Shown one piece after another: positions 27,891-37,794 of a stretch of DNA of 64,000 bases. The position numbers and the translations under genes are program-made. Below the pieces are notes generated by a model. That model searched no databases and was not told where the DNA came from. It was given only the letters and a program-made list of their open reading frames with translations. Source of the stretch: Lentisphaerota bacterium (lineage in GTDB: Bacteria; Verrucomicrobiota; Kiritimatiellia; UBA8416; JABMPJ01); contig JABMPJ010000161.1 of assembly GCA_013203785.1 (NCBI GenBank), positions 10,449 to 74,448 of the forward strand. Reading direction: 5' to 3'. How positions within the stretch are numbered: position 1 is the first letter of the stretch; every line of letters begins with the position of its first letter.

Positions 27891-28535
27891 CTATTGCCCC
27901 TCTTCCCTACAGGCTTGGATCAGGGCCGTGGCGCCCTCGCTGATTTCTTCCGACGTGCGGTTGGCACGGTAGACGCAGGAGCCCACCCCTACCCCGCAAG
28001 CACCGCTGGCCAGAAACTCCCTCGCGTTGGAGGCACTGACACCGCCCACGGCAAGGACCGGAACAGGGAGAACCGCCTTAAGATCCTTGATATAGCCTGG
28101 CCCCATGCGCCCGACGGGGAAGCACTTGAGTAGATCGGCCCCAGCGGCAACAGACATAAAGGCCTCCGTGGGCGTCAGAAAGCCTGGGATCGAGATAAGG
28201 CCCCGTTCGCGGGTGCGTCGAATGACGGACGGATCACTGTTGGGTGAAATGATATAGCGGCCACCCGCCTCAGCTACGGCGTCGACCTCCTCCGGGCTCA
28301 GTACGGTTCCGGCCCCGATATGGACGCCGGATCCACTAAACTCTTTTGCCGCCCTGGCGATACTTTCCAACGGCTTCGGCGAGTTGAGCGTAACTTCGAT
28401 GAAGCGCACACCGCCGGCGGCAATGGCCTTACAGACAGACAGCGTCGTCTCCGGCGTGACCCCTCGTAGAATCACAATCACTGGGGCCAAGGCCAGGTCG
28501 GCCATGAATACGTTGCGGTACTCGGCTGTCATCAC
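27891..28535 (-). CDS. eda: KDPG / KHG aldolase (2-dehydro-3-deoxyphosphogluconate aldolase family)
   Basis: 214 aa. VIVILRGVTPE...IEVTLNSP...GAGTVLSPEEV...PGFLTPTEA motifs. Confidence 0.8.
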   Translation of the reverse strand: MMTAEYRNVFMADLALAPVIVILRGVTPETTLSVCKAIAAGGVRFIEVTLNSPKPLESIARAAKEFSGSGVHIGAGTVLSPEEVDAVAEAGGRYIISPNSDPSVIRRTRERGLISIPGFLTPTEAFMSVAAGADLLKCFPVGRMGPGYIKDLKAVLPVPVLAVGGVSASNAREFLASGACGVGVGSCVYRANRTSEEISEGATALIQACREEGQ

Positions 28536-28908
28536 TCTCCCTTCGATGCGTATGGCTCGTCAAACTGGAGCAATGCCCCAAAGCGTGCGCCATCTTGGAC
28601 AGAGCACAACCCTACAGACTCCTGACCCTTCTTGCACCACTGAAGGTTCATAATTGTTACAGGCTTGACCATCCTGAACCCGTTGAGAGACGCCTCCAAC
28701 CGCAAAAGGCGCAATTTCTAAGCTTTATGCAAATCGAGCCTCGCCAACATAGGCCTATGCGGGCCACAATGGCATGCAACCTGCATTATCTCTTTGTCAT
28801 GGCAGGAATGACGGGAACCAGTGGAAGCGGCGCTTCCCCTGATTACTCGCTGAGGCACATCATCCCCGTTGCGGCACACACTGCAACAGGCCACTTTGTG
28901 GAGAACGT

Positions 28909-29919
28909 ATGACAGAATCAGACACACCAACCGATCAGCCGCCCCCCGAGGCAGGGGCGGCGACAGAGCCCCGTCGTAAACTGATCGTAATCGATGACGA
29001 TGCGGCAATCCGGCAGATGGTGAGGCATGCCATGGTGAGGCATGGTTACGACGTCGTCGAAGCCGGGACAGCCGAAGAAGGTGAAGCGTTGCTGCATGGC
29101 GGCGACATTCCGGTCGCACTGGTGGATATCAATCTGCCCGGAATTTCGGGCATGGAACTGGTGCGACGCTTTGCTGATGATAGCCGCGTCGCGATCATTC
29201 TCTTCACGGGCGATGACATGACCTACTCGTATGACCAAGCCATACACGAAGGGGCCGCCGACTTTGTGCTGAAACCCGTGCGTATGGGTGAACTGGCCAT
29301 GCGGATCGAGCGAGCCATGGGTACCCGGCGGATGCGTATGGCTCAGGACATTCTGGTGGGCAAGCTGGAGCACATGGCCGTAACCGATGAGCTCACGGGG
29401 CTGGCCAACCGGCGTCGGATGACGGAACGACTGGCCGATGAAGTCGCGCGCGCCGACCGCTATGATCGGCCGCTGGCACTGTTGGTGATGGATATCGACC
29501 ACTTTAAGGAGATCAATGACCGCTTCGGACACGCCGCCGGCGATCAAGCGTTGAAGGCGCTGGCAGAGCTCCTGCGCGCCGATGTCAGGACGACTGACCA
29601 CGCTTACCGCTACGGAGGAGAGGAATTTGTTATTCTTCTGCCTGAGCTGCAATTTCCGGAATCGATGGCCGTAGCCGAGCGCCTTCGCAAAGACGTTGAA
29701 AACTGCCGACTGATCGACGACCCACAGCAACGGATCACCGTAAGCATCGGTATGGCGCAGTATATCAAGGGCGAGTCCCCTACGAAGTTCCTGGAGCGGG
29801 CTGACAAGGCGATGTATGAAGCCAAGCAGGCCGGGCGTAACCGCGTGCGGTCTGCCCCCCCAACTCAGGACAATTTAGGCGACACGCTCCAGCCGAGCGT
29901 TGAAGCGCCGGGGACGTAG
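28909..29919 (+). CDS. response regulator receiver - GGDEF diguanylate cyclase
   Basis: REC block KLIVIDDDAAIRQMV...ALVDINLPGISGMEL. GGDEF domain with RYGGEEF active-site motif and upstream RxxD-type region. Confidence 0.9.
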   Translation: MTESDTPTDQPPPEAGAATEPRRKLIVIDDDAAIRQMVRHAMVRHGYDVVEAGTAEEGEALLHGGDIPVALVDINLPGISGMELVRRFADDSRVAIILFTGDDMTYSYDQAIHEGAADFVLKPVRMGELAMRIERAMGTRRMRMAQDILVGKLEHMAVTDELTGLANRRRMTERLADEVARADRYDRPLALLVMDIDHFKEINDRFGHAAGDQALKALAELLRADVRTTDHAYRYGGEEFVILLPELQFPESMAVAERLRKDVENCRLIDDPQQRITVSIGMAQYIKGESPTKFLERADKAMYEAKQAGRNRVRSAPPTQDNLGDTLQPSVEAPGT

Positions 29920-30063
29920 TCGGCCTGGCACCCCGGCCATTCAGTGGGTTCAGGGGAGGATCCATATTCACGGGATCACGATCAATCCGGGCAAACCCCA
30001 GATTGCTGCAATCCTGGGGCTAGTAAGATCCTGTACGGCTGGCCGCGGCATCCGCTCGCCCGC

Positions 30064-31191
30064 CTACAACCAGCCGGTGAGCTCGGCGAGCTGGCGGCAG
30101 TAGTCGAGGTAGTTATTCCAGGATACATCATGGGGTACCCCATGGTCACATCCGGGGATGAAGCCTCCGTCACGGATGACAGGTTCAATGCGCCGCAGTT
30201 CATTCTTGAGCGCGTCGCCGCCTGCGGCGATACAGCGCTTGTCGACGCCCTGCCGAAACGCCATCTTTTTCCCGAAGCGCTGGCGGAACTCCACGATGTC
30301 ACAGTGCGCGGCCACCTCGATCGGGTCGCAGACGTTGACACCGGCTTCGATCCACAGCGGAATCAGCTCGCCAATGAAGCCGTCGCTGTCCACATCGACA
30401 ATGGGGCACCCAGCGGCCTTGACCTGACGGGTCCATCGCTTCCAGCTCGGCATACAGAACTCGCGCGCCATATCCATGGAGATCATGCTCTTGGCCTTGT
30501 AGGCCATATCTTCAGAAATCAGTATCCCATCCGGAACGACGTGCGGCAGAATACGGTCGAGCATGCGCGCGACAAAGTCGCTCCAGAACTCGGCCATCTC
30601 GGCAACGAATTCCGGGTCATCAATCATTAACATGCACAACCCCTCAAACCCGCACCATTCGCGGAGTTGCCAGAACGGCCCGGAAAACCCAATGATCAGC
30701 GGCCAGTCGCGCTCGGCCAACGGCGCACAGCGCGCCGCAAAATCATCCGGGAAACGGCCGGGAGCCTCCGTATCATAGCGCACCTTGATCGCCTCCCAAT
30801 CCTCCCGATTCTCAACCGGACACTTGATCCAGCGCCGCGTCACAAAGTCGATCCCCGTGCGTAGATACGAGACATCGTACTCGTCGGAAATCTCACAGAT
30901 ATTCCCCTTCCAGTCCTGGACGACATAGTGCCCATCCCTGTGCTCAAGGACTTTCTCCTCATACATGGGGAGGAGCCGGAAATCAGCGTCAGGATAGATA
31001 GTAGGCTGTCGTGGCTCATCGGGCTTGATGCCAAGAACGCCCATAGCGAACTCCATGGGATCGCGCCCCTCGGGCAACCCTTCGGCGTGCCATCGCTTGC
31101 GGGTGGACTCCCGACCGTGCCCTGGTTCGAAAGGGATACGATCCGGTGTACCGAATGTCACTGTCTCGATATAGCGTTCGCGCGGATTCAT
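30064..31191 (-). CDS. uroporphyrinogen decarboxylase (URO-D) family protein
   Basis: 375 aa. (beta/alpha)8 URO-D-like sequence with C-terminal GFIPGCDHGVPHDVSWNNYLDY. Function probably not heme biosynthesis given context. Confidence 0.55.
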   Translation of the reverse strand: MNPRERYIETVTFGTPDRIPFEPGHGRESTRKRWHAEGLPEGRDPMEFAMGVLGIKPDEPRQPTIYPDADFRLLPMYEEKVLEHRDGHYVVQDWKGNICEISDEYDVSYLRTGIDFVTRRWIKCPVENREDWEAIKVRYDTEAPGRFPDDFAARCAPLAERDWPLIIGFSGPFWQLREWCGFEGLCMLMIDDPEFVAEMAEFWSDFVARMLDRILPHVVPDGILISEDMAYKAKSMISMDMAREFCMPSWKRWTRQVKAAGCPIVDVDSDGFIGELIPLWIEAGVNVCDPIEVAAHCDIVEFRQRFGKKMAFRQGVDKRCIAAGGDALKNELRRIEPVIRDGGFIPGCDHGVPHDVSWNNYLDYCRQLAELTGWL

Positions 31192-31245
31192 GTTTATCCA
31201 AGCTCCTTCTCTGTCGGTTGCTCATAAGATAACCCAAGGCCCGGA

Positions 31246-31274
31246 TTGACGCGTTCAGGAATGGGACGTAGTAT
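31246..31274 (+). promoter_or_regulatory. putative sigma70-type promoter TTGACG-17-TAGTAT giving a leaderless or near-leaderless AraC-family transcript
   Basis: -35 at 31246-31251 and -10 at 31269-31274. Predicted TSS ~31281 and ATG at 31283. No Shine-Dalgarno visible. Confidence 0.4.
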
Positions 31275-31282
31275 GTTCAACT

Positions 31283-32053
31283 ATGGGCCATCCATCGATA
31301 CAGTTCCATGTGGAGTCAAAGCGGCAACCTCCCGGATATACCTTTGTTACAGAGGAGTATAATGAGCTCCAGTTGATCTATGTGACGGAGGGTCAACTCC
31401 TAATCTATGGTGAAGATTCGGACAAGACTGTGATTATGGACCCGCACAGATTTGTGCTGTTAAGGCAGGGGGGGGCCTTCAGATTGAGCTGCAAAGGAGA
31501 GGGGTACCGCGGCTTTGGCGTGTCTCTTCGGGGCGAGAAGCCGCGCGCATTTCGGGGGGCACCGGTCACCGGGCTGGCGGATGGTACGGTTCGGATGCTA
31601 GGCGGGATAATCCTAAGACACATTGCCGCGCCCGTGGCAGAGAGCCGAGAGGCATTAGCCGGGCTGGGGCAGGCTCTGGTGTGGGAGGTCCTCGCCCTGG
31701 AACGCGAGCGCGACCAGCGCCCTGGCCGGGACTGGGCCATGGCCGTACGTACGGCCTTGGAGCTTAACATAGGGACCTCGCTACCGGTGCGCGAGGCCCT
31801 GGCCTCCCTGCCATTGAGTTACCGCCAGCTTTGCCGCTGCTTCCGAGAGCGGTATGGGACCTCACCCAAGGCCTACCAGGAACTGCTGCGTGTCGATGAG
31901 GCGCGCCGCATGCTGGAGGGAACCGCACTGGACATCACATCGATTGCCACCGAACTGGGCTTCTCGAGTTCGCAACATTTCGCCTATCAGTTCCGGCGCA
32001 TGGTCGGCTGCACGCCCTCATCCTATCGCAGGGAGCCGCGCAGCATCAGTTAA
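31283..32053 (+). CDS. AraC/XylS-family transcriptional regulator (N-terminal cupin-like sensor, C-terminal dual HTH)
   Basis: 256 aa. C-terminal LSYRQLCRCFRERYGTSPKAYQELLRVDEARRML...SSQHFAYQFRRMVGCTPSSYRR. Confidence 0.82.
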   Translation: MGHPSIQFHVESKRQPPGYTFVTEEYNELQLIYVTEGQLLIYGEDSDKTVIMDPHRFVLLRQGGAFRLSCKGEGYRGFGVSLRGEKPRAFRGAPVTGLADGTVRMLGGIILRHIAAPVAESREALAGLGQALVWEVLALERERDQRPGRDWAMAVRTALELNIGTSLPVREALASLPLSYRQLCRCFRERYGTSPKAYQELLRVDEARRMLEGTALDITSIATELGFSSSQHFAYQFRRMVGCTPSSYRREPRSIS

Positions 32054-33218
32054 CGTCGGCGTTAAAATAGGCGGCGAGCTCATCAGGAACAGGAGGGCAA
32101 TCGGCGGGTTGGCCGCCGTTGCGCAGCGACTGCGTAGCCATGCATCCCGCCGCTACGCTGTTGCGTGCGGCGACGGCCGAGGTCTTGATCGATCCACCCT
32201 CGCGCACATAGCGCACGAATTCCGCCACGATCTTGGGGTCCGCTCCGCCGTGCGTTCCTGCTTCCGCTGGGATCGCAAAGGCTTCATGCCCCTCCGGGTT
32301 GTAGCTCTCACGATGATTCCATAGCTTGACGCTGCACTCGCCGGGAACGTCGCCAAAGTTCTCAAGCCGACCCTCCGATCCGATGATACAGTAGTTGCGC
32401 CAACTGTCAGGCGTGTAGTGACACTGTTGATAGGATGCCAGCACCCCGTTGTTGAGGCGCATCAGCATCATACTGAGGTCTTCCACATCGATAATGGGAT
32501 TGAGCTGCTTCTGCGAAAGCGGCGGCCAATTCTCATCGTGCCAGCTGGCATCGGCCGGCTTGGATGGGTCACGTCGATCGGTGATCTGATCGTAAAGTGA
32601 CAGAGCACCCAGCGCCGTGACCCTTTCGCTGTAACCGCCGCACAGCCAATGCAGAACATCAATGTCGTGAGCGCCTTTCTGCAGCAACAGCCCTGTTGAT
32701 TTTTCCCGCTCGGCGTGCCAATCCTTGAAATAGGCATCGCAGCCATAGCCGATAAAGTGCCGACACCAGCCCGCCTTGACCTCGCCGATGGCACCACGGT
32801 CGATCAGCTCCTTCATCTTGAGAACAAAGGACATGTGCCGCATGTTGTGCCCAAGATAGAGCTTGGCCTTCTTCTCGTATGCCACTCGGAGGATGCGGTC
32901 GCACCCCTCAATGGTGATCGCCATGGGTTTTTCAAGATAGACATGCTTGCCTGCCTCCAGTGCCGCAACAGCATGCTCTTCGTGCAGAAAATCAGGTGAC
33001 GTCACAAACACAGCCTGAATAGAGTCGAGCGCCAGAAGTTTCCGGTAGTCGTCTGTCACGAACACGTCCGGGCCGAATTTCTCTTTGAAGGTGCTCAAGG
33101 CTGCGGGCCGGGTATCCGCCCCGGCCACCAATCGAACCCCCTCGTCCGGTCGATGCGCGTTGTGGGCCAGTGCGCCTCTACCACCCGCTCCGATGACACC
33201 GATATTCAAGTCGTTCAT
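32046..33218 (-). CDS. Gfo/Idh/MocA family NAD(P)-dependent oxidoreductase
   Basis: ORF to 33305; preferred ATG at 33218 (MNDLNIGVIGAGGRGALAH...) with GGAGA-like RBS. Rossmann GxGxxG plus C-terminal GFO_IDH_MocA_C-like region. 3' end overlaps the convergent araC-type gene by 8 nt. Confidence 0.8.
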   Translation of the reverse strand: MNDLNIGVIGAGGRGALAHNAHRPDEGVRLVAGADTRPAALSTFKEKFGPDVFVTDDYRKLLALDSIQAVFVTSPDFLHEEHAVAALEAGKHVYLEKPMAITIEGCDRILRVAYEKKAKLYLGHNMRHMSFVLKMKELIDRGAIGEVKAGWCRHFIGYGCDAYFKDWHAEREKSTGLLLQKGAHDIDVLHWLCGGYSERVTALGALSLYDQITDRRDPSKPADASWHDENWPPLSQKQLNPIIDVEDLSMMLMRLNNGVLASYQQCHYTPDSWRNYCIIGSEGRLENFGDVPGECSVKLWNHRESYNPEGHEAFAIPAEAGTHGGADPKIVAEFVRYVREGGSIKTSAVAARNSVAAGCMATQSLRNGGQPADCPPVPDELAAYFNADVN

Positions 33219-33359
33219 TCTCTCTATTCTCCAATGAAATATGGTGGTGAACCGATCTGCCTCAATCCGACAATCATCGGCCATTACTGGTTGTGACACC
33301 ATCAAAAAAGAGGGATAAGGATATTCGCACCCGTCCCCCTCAGATAGAGGAGAGAGGAA

Positions 33360-33959
33360 TCAGTGGGGCGTCGGGTTGCCTCCCTTAACCGCCTCGGTGA
33401 ACCGCTCCTTCATGCGCTGTAGCGCGGCAAGGTAGGCGTCCACGTCCGCCCGACTGACAGTGCGCCCCTTTCTCGTTCCGTAGAGATCCGGCAGGATGTC
33501 CGGCAACGCGATCAGATCTTCAATCTGGAGGGCCCGGTGTGTGGCGCTCTGCACCACCCCCAGATCGTTGAGGACCACCAGCATCTTGCTGCACAGCTGC
33601 GTCGTGCAGGTAATCGGACGGCATTTCTTGATCCGGCACCCCTGTTCTCCAAGAGCCGGACAGGGACCGTTCCCCACCCCGCGCACGCGCTTTTCGCGAC
33701 GAATAGCATCGTACCACTGACGATTAATCCGCGACTGGACGGCATTGAGCGATTCCCAGTTGTCATGCACCTGGTTGTCGATCATGCAACAACACCATGC
33801 ATCGCGGCCCTCTCGCTCGCCAGCGGCCATGGCCTCCAGCGTGTCTTGGGCACACTGGCCACACAGCTCTCCAAACAAACCAAAGAATGACCACAGCGCC
33901 TTCTCGATCTCGTGAAACCATTTTAGGTAGTTGCTGTTCACGACATTCTTTGTACCCAT
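33360..33959 (-). CDS. cysteine-rich hypothetical protein, possible YkgJ/UPF0153-type Fe/Zn-chelating cluster (CGQCAQ...WCCCM)
   Basis: 199 aa with 10+ Cys, including CxxC and a CCC run. Family assignment tentative. Confidence 0.35.
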   Translation of the reverse strand: MGTKNVVNSNYLKWFHEIEKALWSFFGLFGELCGQCAQDTLEAMAAGEREGRDAWCCCMIDNQVHDNWESLNAVQSRINRQWYDAIRREKRVRGVGNGPCPALGEQGCRIKKCRPITCTTQLCSKMLVVLNDLGVVQSATHRALQIEDLIALPDILPDLYGTRKGRTVSRADVDAYLAALQRMKERFTEAVKGGNPTPH

Positions 33960-34048
33960 TACTCTGCCTATCCTTTGGCGTGGTCAATGTGGAGGAGGCT
34001 TACCCGAAGGGAAGCCGCGCCTCGGTACGGGACGCTGCTGGCTCGTTT

Positions 34049-34258
34049 CTATTTTTTCGGCGCGCGCTTCGCCAGAGCAAAAGAGAGGAGGATTCCCGCT
34101 GCAGCCCCCACCAGAAATGTGATCACCAGCAACGCGGCGCGCGGCATGGTAAAGGAGGTGAACAGAAAACGGGTCACGACTGGATCCCTGTTCTGGAACA
34201 CCACGATCAGCACGAGCAGAACCAACGCCAAGGCGGCAGAGAGTTTAAGTTTTATCAT
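34049..34258 (-). CDS. small membrane protein (LapA/DUF1049-like, two TM)
   Basis: 69 aa. MIKLKLSAALALVLLVLIVVFQNRDP...LLVITFLVGAAAGILLSFALAKR. Confidence 0.35.
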   Translation of the reverse strand: MIKLKLSAALALVLLVLIVVFQNRDPVVTRFLFTSFTMPRAALLVITFLVGAAAGILLSFALAKRAPKK

Positions 34259-34340
34259 TGGACATTCCCTTTTCTCTCAGGACCTTCCATGCAGTTCTCA
34301 GCCGGAAACCGGCGACCGATCATACCATGCGATCAAGCCA

Positions 34341-34691
34341 TCACAGTATGGCGAGCACACTCTCAGGGGGACGACCCACGGCAACACGCCCCTTGTAGGT
34401 AACGATGGGGCGTTCGATCAGTATCGGATTCGAGATCATGAGCGCCATCCATTCGCCATCGGAGCGCACGTCTGACGGGGAGAGGCCAAGCTCCGCGAAG
34501 CGGGCCTCCTTCGTCCGCATGATCTGTAGGGGGGTGACGCCCAGCCCGCGACAAATTTCAGCCAACTCGTCGGCCGAAGGCGGGGTCTCCAGGTAAAAGA
34601 CCGTCTCGAGCTCAACACCCCGCTCCTCCAGGAGCGCGAGGGTCTGACGACTCTTGCTGCAGCGGGGGTTATGAAAGATGGCGTTACGCAT
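34341..34691 (-). CDS. arsC: ArsC/Spx-family thioredoxin-fold reductase (arsenate reductase-like)
   Basis: ORF to 34709; preferred ATG at 34691 (GGAG 9 nt upstream). [38 protein letters not shown] motif. Overlaps the nfo 3' end. Confidence 0.75.
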   Translation of the reverse strand: MRNAIFHNPRCSKSRQTLALLEERGVELETVFYLETPPSADELAEICRGLGVTPLQIMRTKEARFAELGLSPSDVRSDGEWMALMISNPILIERPIVTYKGRVAVGRPPESVLAIL

Positions 34692-35535
34692 TGGCCGGCT
34701 CCATTCCATGCAGGAGCTGGATCTCCTGGGGCCATATCGTCATGTCCACCGTTTCAAGGACGAGCGGCATATGGTCGAAGCGGCTGTCGCGCATGATATA
34801 CTCGAACGCCACCAAGGGGATGGAGCCCTCGCCCAAGCTGTGGTGCCGGTCCTTACGACTATCAAAGGGCGTCTTGCTGTCGTTGAGATGCATACCGCGC
34901 AAGTATTTGAACCCTACGACGTCTTCAAACTCCTGGAAGGTCTGGCGGCAGAGCTCCTCGCTGCGGAGATCGTACCCGGCCGAGAAGGCGTGACAGGTGT
35001 CGAGACAGACGCCGATGCGGGATTTGTCGTCTACCTGATCGATGATGGTGGCCAGATGCTCAAAACGGTGCCCCATATTGGAGCCTTGGCCCGCCGTATT
35101 CTCGAGCACGCAGGTAACCCCTTCGGTTACCTCCAGGGATCGGTTGATGCCTTCCGCAATCAGAGCCAGACAGGCCTCCTCCGAAATTTCGCGCAGGTGG
35201 CTACCGGGATGCATATTGAGCAGTCTGAGCCCAAGCTGCTGGCAGCGGTGCATCTCGTCGGTGAAGGCGTCCTGCGACCGCTTGCGCTTCCCCCGATCCG
35301 CATTGCCGAGGTTGATCAGGAAGCTGTCGTGCGGCAACACGTAGTCGGGCGAGAAGCCGTTTTCCTCGAGCGCCGTACGGAAGCGGATGATGTCATCCTC
35401 CGTATAGTCCGCCGCGACCCACTGACGCTGGTTTTTAGTAAACAGTGCGAAGGCGGTCGCGCCGATGGCCTTGGCGTTGACGGGGGCGTTGTAGACGCCG
35501 CCTTGGGCGGATACGTGTGCACCAACAAATTTCAT
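34684..35535 (-). CDS. nfo: endonuclease IV (deoxyribonuclease IV, AP endonuclease family 2)
   Basis: 283 aa. [13 protein letters not shown]...[10 protein letters not shown]...MHPGSH...VLENTAGQG...[13 protein letters not shown]. Confidence 0.92.
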   Translation of the reverse strand: MKFVGAHVSAQGGVYNAPVNAKAIGATAFALFTKNQRQWVAADYTEDDIIRFRTALEENGFSPDYVLPHDSFLINLGNADRGKRKRSQDAFTDEMHRCQQLGLRLLNMHPGSHLREISEEACLALIAEGINRSLEVTEGVTCVLENTAGQGSNMGHRFEHLATIIDQVDDKSRIGVCLDTCHAFSAGYDLRSEELCRQTFQEFEDVVGFKYLRGMHLNDSKTPFDSRKDRHHSLGEGSIPLVAFEYIMRDSRFDHMPLVLETVDMTIWPQEIQLLHGMEPANA

Positions 35536-35558
35536 GACGGCTCGCTCCTGGGATAACG

Positions 35559-36521
35559 TTATATGACGGCGGCAATATCGCGCGTGATGCGCGGTGACCG
35601 AGAGAGAGCGCCTTCAAGCAGCGAAAGCATGCAGAGCTTGCTCAACGACCGTGCGATGCCGCCGGATCGTTCGTGAAGCAGGGCCAGGGCATCGTCATCA
35701 AAGAGCGACTCAGAGCGGCCTGCGACGGAAAGGCGATAACTGACATAGTGCGCCACCTCCTCAAGCGTGAGTGGCTGCAGTTGGCACTGCAGGTACATGC
35801 GGTTGCGCAGGGAGTCGTAGCTGGGATTCTCCAGCCGCTTGGCAAAGCGGGACTCGCCAAAGAGCAGGCAGGTCACCAGCTTGCACTCCGGAATCTCAAT
35901 ATTGCTCACCGTCCGCAGGATGTGCAGGCTGTCGGAGGTGAGGAAGTGACATTCGTCGATGACGATGACGAGCCGCCGCCCCTCCTGATAGAGATCGATT
36001 ACGTGGTTGGTCAGGAGACGGACGAGATCCTGCGTGCGCACGATACCGGTCGGCAGGGCGATATTCAACTCCGAGAGAATCGTGCGCAACAACGCCGTCT
36101 TGCTCATCCCCGGGGTGACCAGGACCAACACGGCCTGATGCGTCTCCTGATCGATATTCTGGAGCAGAATCTGTGAGACGAGCGTTTTGCCCGCCCCGCT
36201 CTCGCCGGTCACCATGCCGAGTGAGACATTGTAGCGGACCGCCATGAGCATGCGTGTGATGACATCGCGATGACTCTCGATCCGGAAGAAATAGGCCGGG
36301 TTGATGCTATCGGCAAAAGGATTGTCCCGCATGCCATAGAACCCCACAAAATCGGCTTCGCGCGGTATGTCGAAGTGGACTTGTGACTGTGAGATATCTG
36401 ACTGAGGTGTGGCCTCGACGAGCGCCATAAGCGGATTATCATGCTGCCCGGCCGTGTCGGCGGCCGCATCGTCTTCATCTATCTGGGGCGCGATCAGCGC
36501 TTCAAGCGTTTGCGTATTCAT
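35559..36521 (-). CDS. ExeA/GspA-like AAA+ ATPase (AAA_22/AAA_16 type), cytoplasmic
   Basis: 320 aa. [12 protein letters not shown] Walker [12 protein letters not shown] Walker B, N-terminal [18 protein letters not shown] typical of ExeA-like proteins. No peptidoglycan-binding C-terminal domain. Confidence 0.65.
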   Translation of the reverse strand: MNTQTLEALIAPQIDEDDAAADTAGQHDNPLMALVEATPQSDISQSQVHFDIPREADFVGFYGMRDNPFADSINPAYFFRIESHRDVITRMLMAVRYNVSLGMVTGESGAGKTLVSQILLQNIDQETHQAVLVLVTPGMSKTALLRTILSELNIALPTGIVRTQDLVRLLTNHVIDLYQEGRRLVIVIDECHFLTSDSLHILRTVSNIEIPECKLVTCLLFGESRFAKRLENPSYDSLRNRMYLQCQLQPLTLEEVAHYVSYRLSVAGRSESLFDDDALALLHERSGGIARSLSKLCMLSLLEGALSRSPRITRDIAAVI

Positions 36522-37395
36522 TGTGAGTTCCCTCTCTTAGATTTGAGCGAAAGCGGGGGTGATGATTCAGCGTGGTCCTCAGCCCCGTAACCAGCATGCC
36601 CATCCGGCTCCAAGGCTCTGCGGCCGTCTGGCGATCCGGCTTCTTGATCAGGCAGGGGATCATCTTATCGATGCGACGGGCACTGTCTGCGCCGAGTCCG
36701 CTCAGCATCAGCGGACGGCGCGCCTGGTTGGCATCGTGCAGCGCGCGGTCCCGGTAAACCGCGCCCAGAGTATTCGGCGTGAACTTGAGAAAGCGTTCGG
36801 TGCAACCGATGATTCGACCACACACGCCAGCCACCTCGTCCTCGTTCTCAACTAGGTTAGCCAACAGATGGATGCTTCCACTCACCTTGGCTTCGCGGGC
36901 CACCTTGATGACCCCGTAAGCATCCAGGCTGGAGGCCAGGTCGGGCGTGACAACGACCACGATCTCATCGGCGATTCGAAGATACTCCATCACGACACGC
37001 GAAATGCCCGCCCCGGTATCAACCACCACAGCGTCGAAACCACCCATCAGGCGATCCAACTCCCCTGTGACCCGTGCCAAGTCCTCTGCCCCCAGGTCAG
37101 CCAGCTCGGTCAGCCCGGAGGGGCCGCAAAGCATCTGGAGCCCATTCGGGCCCTCCATGAGCGCCTCCTCGCCGGACAGACGCCCGTGCAGGACATCCAG
37201 AACCGTGTGCTTGGGGTTGATGCCAGCGAATATATGGGCGTTGGCCATGCCCATATCGGCGTCAAAAAGGAGTGTTTTCAGGCCTCGCCGGACCATGGCC
37301 AACGCGAGATTGACGGCCAGCGTGGTCTTGCCCACGCCACCTTTTCCACTGGTCACGGAAATGACGCGTGTAGTTGTTCTGGACGGCAGACTCAA
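36502..37395 (-). CDS. ParA/MinD/FlhG-family P-loop ATPase
   Basis: 297 aa. Deviant Walker A SGKGGVGKTT. DADMGMAN and VVDTGAGI motifs. Overlaps the downstream ExeA-like gene by 20 nt. Confidence 0.75.
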   Translation of the reverse strand: MSLPSRTTTRVISVTSGKGGVGKTTLAVNLALAMVRRGLKTLLFDADMGMANAHIFAGINPKHTVLDVLHGRLSGEEALMEGPNGLQMLCGPSGLTELADLGAEDLARVTGELDRLMGGFDAVVVDTGAGISRVVMEYLRIADEIVVVVTPDLASSLDAYGVIKVAREAKVSGSIHLLANLVENEDEVAGVCGRIIGCTERFLKFTPNTLGAVYRDRALHDANQARRPLMLSGLGADSARRIDKMIPCLIKKPDRQTAAEPWSRMGMLVTGLRTTLNHHPRFRSNLREGTHNEYANA

Positions 37396-37482
37396 ATGAC
37401 TTATACTCTATATTGTTCCTGAGCTTCTGGTTGACCACACTATGTGGTGGCTACCGCATGGAAGTCAAGAAATAGGTGAACC

Positions 37483-37794
37483 GTGGTTTCTCTGAAACAA
37501 CGCGATGACGCGTCCTCTGACGCGCCTGACACTGCCGACGGGGGGGGTGAGGCGCGGGTTCTGGCAGTCGAGATTAAGTTTCTGTGCCCGACCTGCGACT
37601 CAAAGCTGCGCACCGAGGTGCAGCATGCAGGCCGCGAAGTCCCGTGCTCGGTCTGTCGCAGCCTGCTGACCGTACCCTCACCCTTTGCGGGAGTGAGCTA
37701 CCCACCCCCTGGCAGCACTCGCCCCCCTGAACGCGATGAGTTGGCATCGGTGCTCACGACGGACGAGGTCGCCTTTCTTACAGGGAATATGTGA
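37483..37794 (+). CDS. zinc-ribbon protein (MJ0042-type finger; CPTC...CSVC)
   Basis: 103 aa, GTG start. FLCPTCDSKLRTEVQHAGREVPCSVCRSLLTVP. Start site uncertain. Confidence 0.45.
   Translation: MVSLKQRDDASSDAPDTADGGGEARVLAVEIKFLCPTCDSKLRTEVQHAGREVPCSVCRSLLTVPSPFAGVSYPPPGSTRPPERDELASVLTTDEVAFLTGNM

Noticed and set aside
28532-29119. ORFs 28532..28714 (-), 28595..28912 (+), 28718..29119 (-) in or around the eda/GGDEF divergent region
   Set aside because: Short, overlapping, no motifs, and one overlaps the well-supported REC domain N-terminus in antisense. Treated as non-coding control region.
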